Assembly: GCA_964016885.1 (NCBI GenBank)
Contig: OZ024766.1
Span: forward strand, 12,958,001 to 13,022,000
Reading direction: 5' to 3'
DNA: 64,000 nucleotides
DNA from: Eledone cirrhosa
Taxonomy: Eukaryota
Part shown: piece by piece, positions 55,743 to 64,000 of the stretch
How the letters are laid out: the number at the start of each line of letters is the position of its first letter
How positions within the stretch are numbered: the first letter of the stretch is position 1
The notes under the pieces: model-generated
The model's database searches: none
What the model was told of the DNA's origin: nothing
Seen by the model: the letters and a program-made list of their open reading frames with translations, nothing else
Program-made: the position numbers and the translations under genes

Positions 55743-56108
55743 ATGCTCCGTTGGATGTGCAATGTCAATGTGCGTGAACGACCAAGCATAGATGAGTTGA
55801 GAGAGAAACTGAGTATAAGAGGGATAAGTTGTGGTGTGCAGGAGAAGAGACTGAGATAGTATGGACATGTGATGCTCATGGTAGATGACCGCTGAGTAAA
55901 GAAGTGCCAAGAGATCCTAATAGAAGGAAGACACAGTAGAGGAAGACCACAAAAAACATGAGGGGAGGTGGTGAGAGCAGACCTCAGATCGCTGAATCTC
56001 ACGGAGGAGATGACGAAGGACCGTGACAAGTGGAGAGATGCTGTGCTGAATAGGACCCATCCCACCCTTGCAAGCAGGGAAAAGTGGACGTAAAATGATG
56101 ATGATGAT
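55743..56108 (+). mobile_element. RTE LINE 3' end, degenerate
   Basis: MLRWMCNV...RLR*YGHV...GRPQKT*...DRDKWRDAV, followed by ggacgtaaaa(TGA)n tail. Confidence 0.85.
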
Positions 56109-56120
56109 ATATATATATTT

Positions 56121-56252
56121 ATATTTAATATAGACATGGCTTCTACAGGACTAGACTTGTTTGATTCGGGAGAAATCACCAGGAAGCTTCCTGATGATTT
56201 CTCCTGACTGAAACAGTTCTAGTCCTGTAGAAGCCATTTCTATATTAAATAT
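56121..56252. repeat. Palindrome containing a decayed HHR-like core
   Basis: Centre aggaag|cttcct; the right arm has CTGATGA (56191) and GAAAC (56210) but stem II pairs poorly. Confidence 0.7.
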
Positions 56253-56377
56253 TCATACTCTGCTATGTATTGAGCACCGTACTTACTGTGGTTACCTCTG
56301 ATTGAACCTGAGACAAACATACATATATATATATATGTGTGTGTGTGTCAGAGATGAAACAAACAAACATATATATA

Positions 56378-57378
56378 AAATAATAATAATAATAATGAAA
56401 TTATTGTGTAAAGTGCTCAAGTGCACTACAACTCGTAAAAGGTGTATGTATAGTACATAGAATAATACACAAATGTCCGGGAAGTGAATAGGGTATGAGT
56501 CATGGTATACATGTGTGTATGTGTATGGAGGGGGAACATTAGCTGTAGTGTTTGCGGATCTCGGGAAGCATGGAGGCCTTAAAGGTTGCAGTGTCTCGAC
56601 AGCTAACAACTGATGCAGGTAGTTTGTTCCATGCTTCAGCAACTCTGAGCGTGAAAAAATGTTTCCGAAAGTCTTGGGAACTGTGCAGTTTTCTGACTTT
56701 GTGGGCATGTCCACGTGTGTTAGACACATGGAAATCAAAAAGGTACTCAGGGTTGTTGTTGGCAAGATGGTTAACAATTTTGTGGGTGTGTATCAAGTCA
56801 GTTGCCAGGCGTCGGAGCTTCAATGTATCCATGCCCAGGGAAGCAAGGCGCTCAGTGTAAGGTAGATGCCTGATGGAGGGTATTCGCTTGGTTGCACGTC
56901 TCTGAACAGTTTCCAGGCGGTCAATGTTCTGAGCAAGATAGGGGTTCCAGACTGGTGATGCAAATTCTAAGTGTGGCCGCACCATAGCCATGTACAGCCT
57001 TAAATAGATATCTGGAGAACGGCTGACAAAGGTCTTGCTGAGTGATGCTAAGACACCCTTGACGCTCTTGACAATTTTACAGACGTGCTTCGTCCAACGC
57101 AAATCGCTGCTGACCGTAATGCCCAGGTCACGTTCACAAGAAGACTTCTTGATATTAGTGCTGTGGAGGGAGTATGTGGACGCTGGGTTTTTACTCCCAA
57201 AATGTATGGTGGTGCACTTGTCCACAGCTAGCTTGAGTTGCCAGTCTGAGATCCATTGTTGCATTGTGTCCTGGTCAGACTGCAAGCAAGATCTATAGTG
57301 TTCAGGATCTGTCCTTTTTATCTCAAGGTACAGCTTGATGTCATCTGCGTACTTTAGTACCGTGGCATTCTTTAAGTT
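56378..57378 (-). mobile_element. 5'-truncated CR1-group LINE with an open RT C-terminal frame (stop at 56539)
   Basis: KYADDIKLY, RDLGITV, VRPHLEFASPVWNP, TRGH and FFTLRVAEAWNKLP motifs; (TTA)n tail. Confidence 0.92.
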
Positions 57379-59265
57379 AGCATGTGTGTGTGTGAGAGAT
57401 CCCGAGTGAGATCGGGATAACCACAGCATATATATATATATATAAATACACACACATACGTAAAATGTGGAAAGTGATATAAGACTAAACAATGTAAAAT
57501 AGACGAAAAAGTAAGTTACCTGGTAATCTTTGTCTTGTTTTGTTGTTGTTGCTGTTATATACACCCTTCGGTTGGTTTTCTGCTGGCATGTGTAGTGTGT
57601 ATATAGATATTATACACAAATATACATACATGTAGATATGATACCTCAAATAAAATTGTAATTGACAATATCCACAGAAATTGAAGAGAGTGTGTTACAC
57701 TTTCTTCTGTAATCAGTAAAGTAATCCATGATACATTTAAAAAAGATGATATTATATATAAACTGCATCATGGTGAAATTTTATGAAAACGAAAAAGGAG
57801 AAAATTAGTGATGGAAATATAAACGATGTGATATAGCGTCCATTATATCGTAGCTGGAAGTATTGACATTTGGACATTTTAATAGAACTAAATCTTGAAA
57901 TAAGCAGGAAAAGATATTGATGGAACAAAGTTTACCTCCATTATTTCGATCTTTTGATATGCCCAGTGCCGAAGTATGTTTTCTATGACAAAAATTGCAT
58001 TATATTTTGACTCACCCTTGTATGTGTATATATATTTATATATATATTTGAAAATGTGTGAGATCCTTGGTACAGTTAGGTATATTTGAAAAAAAGGAAA
58101 AGAATGATGTCATTTGTAGTGTTAAAACATGTTTGATTTAATTTTTATAATATTATAATATTATGAGTTGATAGATCCAGTAAGTTCTTTAACTTTGGTG
58201 GGAAGAATTTTATAGATTCCTGGTTAACTTGGGTTGGAGAACTTTCTCGCATTCTTCTGTCTGTGGAGATTGTCAAACTGAGATCAGGTTGTGTTGAAAT
58301 GTGTGACTATATATAAGAGAGAGATTTGGATGTGTCTGGGGTTGGCATGTGGTGTTAATGAGTGTTGATGATGATGAAGGTCCATAGGAATTAAAGCATA
58401 CACACACACACATACACACATACACACACATATATACACTCAGAAAATGGTGAGGTTGTAAGATAAGGGTGTTTGAGAAGGTAGTTGTAAACATACTCTC
58501 CTGCTGGTTTTATTTCATTAGCTGACCTTTGATGAGTATATAATGGCATAGCTGAATCAACTCTTCCAAATCCATAAAGAATATCTTCTACAAATTTCTA
58601 TATCAAAGATGAATTTAGGTGGTTGTCTGGGTTTTAATGAGGTGTAAGATACATGTCTTTTGATATGAATGGGATGACAGGAAAAAGAGAAAAGAAGGAT
58701 AATTTGGGAAGATTTGTCAAAGATGTGTTGTTGATATTGGTTTGGGACAGGAAGGGTGGGGGGGGGGGACATGCTGGCTCACATATTCACTTCCCTATAT
58801 GTAAATATATCTACAGTCCATATATACTACATACAAACAGATATCAACACCTACATACATACACATATATATATACACATACATACACATATATATATAC
58901 ACACATACATACACATACACACCCATATATATATATATATCATAATCATCATCATCGCTTAACGTCCATTTTCCACGCTAGCATGGGTCCACTTGAGGCG
59001 AGGTTGGTTGTCTTGCTCAGGACTGTCTGGCGGGTTTTCTATGGCTGGGTACCCTTCCTAACACCAACCACGTTTACAGTGTGGAACTGGGAGGTTTTTA
59101 CTGTGTTACCTACACGGCCACATTACAGTGTGGACTGTGTTTTTTTGTCGTGACAACTACACAACCTCATTTATTTAGGACTGGATGTTGTGGTACAAAC
59201 ATAGCTTTACATCAAAGGGGTGGTGTAGATGGCGGTGGAGGTGGGGTTAGTGGGACGGGAGTGTA

Positions 59266-59306
<41 letters not shown>

Positions 59307-59511
59307 TGATTGCAACTGGTAAGCACAGATGTCCTGTATAAGGCAAATGTAAAGTTTAAGTCACATAGGCAATGGTGTCCACTTTTTTTAGATTAATTTT
59401 CATAGGCAAAAATCTTACATTTAAGCTTTTAACGTTAAGTTACGTTTAATAAAACACACTCGCATATTCATACATGTGTGTGTATATATATAAATATATA
59501 TATATTAACAG

Positions 59512-59602
59512 CTAAAATGGAGAAATTAAGTGGAGCAGCAGCTAGTTTACAGCTAAAGGAAGACAGAACTGGTAACATAACACTACATGAAGCTGTTTTA
59601 CA
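59512..59602 (+). CDS. Ankyrin-repeat protein exon A (ATG at 59517)
   Basis: Acceptor attaacAG and donor CA|GTAAGT; encodes MEKLSGAAASLQLKEDRTGNITLHEAVL(Q); the phase-2 end joins exon B in frame. Confidence 0.8.
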
Positions 59603-59699
59603 GTAAGTTTACAACAATTATTTCTATTCTGTTTGATTTATTTCATACTTTCATGGGGGAGTTGGTAGCCATTGACAATTAGGCTCTTGTTCTTGTTGG

Positions 59700-60305
59700 T
59701 GGCTTCACTTACCAATGTATCAGGTGATGTTCCTGGTGGTGAGGCTGCTTGGCTATTCCAGCATCTCAGCCTCACCATCACCAGGCCTTACGGTCATACC
59801 AGTTGATACACCCTGGTGAGAGAGCTTGGTTATTCCAGTATCTCAGTCTCACCATCACCTGGCTTTACTGATGTATCTCATGGTGCTCTTATGTAAAGGT
59901 GCTTGGCTATTCCAGCATCTCAGCCTCACCATCACCAGGCCTTACGGTCATACCAGTTGATATTCCCTGGTGAGAGAACTTGGTTATTCCAGTATCTCAG
60001 TCTCACCATCACTTGGCTTCACTGATGTATCTCATGGTGCTCTTATGTAAAGGTGCTTGGCTATTCCAGTATCTCAGCCTCACCATCACCATGCTTTATT
60101 GATATATCAGTTGATACTCATAGGTGAGGGTACTTGGCTATTGCAGTATCTTAGTTTCACCATCACCATGCTTTACTGATGTGTCACTTGATGCTCCTCG
60201 GTGAAGGTGCTTGGCTCTTTCAGCATCTCAGCCTCACCATCACTGGTCCTTACTGATGTATCAGTTGATGTTCCTAGATGAGGGTGTTAGGCTATTCCAG
60301 TATCC
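59700..60305. repeat. 77-bp intronic minisatellite (~8 copies, partly dimeric 154 bp)
   Basis: cttggctattccagcatctcagcctcaccatcac recurs at about 59746, 59823, 59900, 59977 and onward. Confidence 0.88.
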
Positions 60306-60602
60306 TGGTCTGGATGCCCTTCCTATCACCAACCACTTTACAGACATGAATGTGTACCTTTATTGTAGTTCTCAAGGATAAGCAGATTAACAAGGCTGAC
60401 CCTTTGTATTACTGGTACAACTCAGTTTTGCTAGCTGAGTAGACTGGATCATCATGTAATAAAATGTCTTGCTCAAGGACACAAGCCATCCCCAGGACTC
60501 AAACTCACAACCTTATGATCTTCAGTAGAACACACTAACCACTAAGCCATGTGCCTTCATTTCCTATATATGTGTATTTGTATTTATTTCTACTACTTTC
60601 AG

Positions 60603-60750
60603 AAAAAACTATAAAAAGGTGAAATCCTTGCTGTCCTCTGGAGTGGATGTAAATTGTCAGGATGAAGACGGGTATACTCCACTCCACATGGCCGTCATTA
60701 AGGACTGTACAGATATTGCACAGTTGTTAATGAACACACCTGCTATTAAG
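60603..60750 (+). CDS. Ankyrin-repeat protein exon B
   Basis: Acceptor tactactttcAG and donor AAG|GTGGGT; KNYKKVKSLLSSGVDVNCQDEDGYTPLHMAVIKDCTDIAQLLMNTPAIK matches the ankyrin consensus GxDVNxxDxxGxTPLHxA. Confidence 0.9.
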
Positions 60751-60967
60751 GTGGGTCAACATATACACTCTGTAGATTTGTCTGATTCTATTGATTATTG
60801 TTCAATATGACCATCACTATTGATAAATACTGAAAATATTTCCAAATCATTGTATATTTATCAATTTATGTATAATATCCACCTATCTACCCTTGGCAAT
60901 TTATCTATCTATCTGTCTGTCTACCTAGCTATCTATCTCTCACCCTCACTCTATTTATATATTTATC

Positions 60968-61004
<37 letters not shown>

Positions 61005-61007
61005 TGT

Positions 61008-61038
<31 letters not shown>

Positions 61039-61039
61039 T

Positions 61040-61088
<49 letters not shown>

Positions 61089-61601
61089 TGTTCTCTCTAT
61101 CTCTCTCTCTCTCTCTCACTCTCTCAGACGTTCTCTCTCTCTCAAAAAATGTTCTTTCAAAACGAAATATCACCAAGTTTGTCCAATTGATTATCTCCCT
61201 TGTCAACTATATGCTAGACTGACAGACAGCCACACAGACAGATAAACTTTCCTCATTCTCTCTAACTTCTTACCTCTCTCTCTCGTTCCCTCTCTCTCTT
61301 TCTTTCCATCCCTCTTTCTCTTTTTCTCTCTCTCTCGTTCCCTCCCTCTCTCTCATTCCCTCCCCCTCCCTGTCTTCCCTCTCGTTCTCCACCTTCGCCA
61401 CTATCAATAAACACCTCCCTCACTCTCTCTGTAATTTTCTACTAACACTGCCACCACATCTGTCTTGCACCCCCCCTCAATAAAGACCCTGTCAAACAGA
61501 CGACAAATTAAACCTTTCTTTTCACATGGAAATAGTTTTCCAAGAGAGACAAAATAAAATGTAGAGAATCCATTGGCAACATGTTGTTAATTTATATTTA
61601 A

Positions 61602-64000
61602 CTAGCAAATGACCCCCGTCCATTGGACGGTGTCAGTTCTTGGTAGGGCTGCAATGTTAATGGTCAATTTCCGTGTTGTATGTTTAACTTGGAGGATAAT
61701 TTTACCTGATCAACTCTTTCAATAAAACAAAATGAGACGGTATTCAAAAAGAGCAAGTTTTATTTACAGATATGTGTCATTAAAATGTGAACATAGAGAA
61801 ATGTATCGTTAGCCGTGTCGGTTGAACAATGTGTAATTTTTTTTATTAATAACCGAAAGACAAACAGTAAATGAGACTGGATGTCAAACCATTTTGGATT
61901 GCATGTAAAGGTGATAAAAAGATCAGGACGGCCACAATGGCGGACATAGGTCAGAGCATCCTGCATTTTTTCATGCATGTAACGGGGGCCTCCAGTGTAT
62001 GATGATGGGAGAATGACAGAAAGCCCAACATCCGAAGCATTAGCCTGATCATTTCGGTTTACTTTGTCACGTAGATTGCCGTATTCTTCTGAACGCAGTT
62101 CCTTTTGATGATGTCTTATCCATTGGAGGCGTTCAGTGTCAATCTTAGCAAATATGTCTACACAGTATTGATTGAGGAGCATCCGTGTTCTATGCAGAAT
62201 ATTGACGTCGTTTTTCACAAATGCATAAAATTCCATTTGTGAAATGGTTTTCCCTGGTGTAAGATGCATTAAACTTACAGGATTACACTTTTGCAAATCA
62301 ATGCGGTAGCCATCGTCGCCAAAGGGGAACAGCAATGGATACTGGAGAGCATCATATGCGGGATGAAGTTCATTTATTTTTTGAAGATGCGAGTCCTGCC
62401 ATTCAATAACAATATCACGGTTTGAAGCGCTCTGATTAGGACGTGTTATAATCACCGCAACTTCATCGGTTTGGGGTCTATTAAAGCAACCCTGATGTTG
62501 CCCTGGTGGAGCGCGGTCATTTCGAATGACAACCTTGTATTGATTGTTGTTAGCATCTCTACGTTGTAAAGCAGTTTTGAAAATGATGATGTACGGGTTT
62601 ATGGAATGAAGCATATATTGAAGGGGCTGCAGAAGAGAAGGTGTCGTTCCTTTAGCAACTGAAGCCCTTCGTGCAATTTCTTCAGGTCCGTTGCCCATAA
62701 AGTAGATCTGGAGAAAACTGTGTTCTTTGCCATCTTGTGGAATAAGTGATTCTATTTGATGGTAAATTTGGCCTTGCACTTTAAATGTGGGCATATAATT
62801 CCCATCTTTTATTGGTGTATGACCAAAGCTTGTCATTTGGAAAGCCGAATTGTAGGCTCTTATATTTCTGAAAAAGTGTTTAGAATCAGGGTGGTCTCCA
62901 AGCAGCAAAGAATTCAAAGGTTCGGCACCGACTTGTAAATAAGGCAATCTAACCGTTCCCTTGGAGCAACATATACCGGTAGATTCCGCTGGCCACCTCA
63001 TTGCATTACAATGGACGCAAACAGTTGACATACTACCAATGATGATATGTGGATGGGATGCGTAGTCCTCTTGGGGGTTGTATTGAAAACCTTTGTTAGA
63101 CCAGTAACAGGAAGAATCCCTCGGAAAGACATAAGTACGCATTTTCCGTTGAGAATCAGCCGCAAGCCTTGTTGCCCTTTGGTCAACAGTCTCTAAAGCA
63201 CGGCTATTGGAATTAGAAGCAGCATTGCGAGCACGCCGGAGTTCTGCTTGTTCAGCTTTCTGTAATGCTCTGATGTTCAAAGTAGAAGCAGCATTGTGAG
63301 CACGCTGGAGTTCTGCTTGTTCAGTTGTTTGTAATGCTCTGGCGATCGAGGTAGAAGCAGCATTGCGAGCACGCCGTAGCACACATTGTTCTTCTGTTTC
63401 GCTTGCGCGCAAAGAACGCAAAGCAAAAGCATTTTTTGTTTTTTTTCCAATGTTACTCTTTCTTTTTCGAGGCATTCTACCGAAAATATGTAATTGAATA
63501 AAGCTGATACAAATCAATTAAAAGAAATAAATAGTTGTGTACAATGTGTAAATTTTTGTAATAATAAGCAAGACGAAAAAGTATATTTTATCATCTGCTT
63601 TTTCTACACGGGAATTATATATTAGATTTTCATACTTACAAAATAATTTTGCTAATATCGTGTTTAGCAGTGTCGGTTGAGCAATGTGTAAATATTTGAT
63701 TAAAAACCAAAAGACAAACAGTAAATATATTTCAACCTCTGAATAAGTATTAAAGAAATGACGATTTTCACTTTGAAAATATGATTTATGACATCAAAAC
63801 TGCTTTAGAGTTTAATTTTTTGAATAAAAAGTATCGTCTGTTATTTCTTACAATTAACACATTTATACACACACACGCACACACATACGCACGTACACAC
63901 ACACACATACACACACAAACACACACAAACACACACACATACACACACACACACACACATACACACACAATCCCAAGACGTGACGTTGTGGAAGGGGGAG
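61602..64000 (-). mobile_element. Internally deleted Helitron; 5' end not identified, possibly beyond the window
   Basis: Minus-strand 3' end has the hairpin CCGTCC-AAT-GGACGG ~10 nt before CTAG|T (61602-61605); the element contains the Rep ORF. Confidence 0.85.
61760..63475 (-). CDS. Helitron Rep/helicase protein, N-terminal part only (truncated)
   Basis: MPRKRK start, CxHC..CC zinc motif, NIRAYNSAFQMTSFG, LQYPLLFP and LPSSYTGGPRYM..GRPDLFITFTCNPKW; no HUH motif 2 or Pif1 helicase follows. Confidence 0.9.
   Translation of the reverse strand: MPRKRKSNIGKKTKNAFALRSLRASETEEQCVLRRARNAASTSIARALQTTEQAELQRAHNAASTLNIRALQKAEQAELRRARNAASNSNSRALETVDQRATRLAADSQRKMRTYVFPRDSSCYWSNKGFQYNPQEDYASHPHIIIGSMSTVCVHCNAMRWPAESTGICCSKGTVRLPYLQVGAEPLNSLLLGDHPDSKHFFRNIRAYNSAFQMTSFGHTPIKDGNYMPTFKVQGQIYHQIESLIPQDGKEHSFLQIYFMGNGPEEIARRASVAKGTTPSLLQPLQYMLHSINPYIIIFKTALQRRDANNNQYKVVIRNDRAPPGQHQGCFNRPQTDEVAVIITRPNQSASNRDIVIEWQDSHLQKINELHPAYDALQYPLLFPFGDDGYRIDLQKCNPVSLMHLTPGKTISQMEFYAFVKNDVNILHRTRMLLNQYCVDIFAKIDTERLQWIRHHQKELRSEEYGNLRDKVNRNDQANASDVGLSVILPSSYTGGPRYMHEKMQDALTYVRHCGRPDLFITFTCNPKWFDIQSHLLFVFRLLIKKITHCSTDTANDTFLYVHILMTHICK

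Overview
AT-rich, microsatellite-dense animal genomic DNA; the SINE families and repeat landscape suggest a coleoid cephalopod such as Octopus (inference). Positions 1-34686 are a tandem array of a ~4.9-5.5 kb unit (one partial plus six complete copies). Each complete unit carries one 138-nt phase 1-1 exon encoding an 8-Cys EGF-like module (7 Cys in one copy), plus SINE-derived VNTRs, a piggyBac-type MITE and a CR1 fragment. Five of the seven copies carry an intact minus-strand hammerhead ribozyme (HHR). The unit junction contains a 63-bp insert identical to the tip of a hairpin ~6 kb downstream of the array. The 35-57 kb region holds many fold-back elements in (TA)n tracts, several with type I HHR motifs (Penelope-like element remnants, one with a U3-A8 core). 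It also holds RTE and CR1 LINE fragments, a hAT MITE, non-autonomous Helitrons and minisatellites. Two spliceable ankyrin-repeat exons lie at 59.5-60.8 kb and a truncated Helitron Rep ORF at 61.8-63.5 kb. All calls were made by eye; no searches or folding programs were run.
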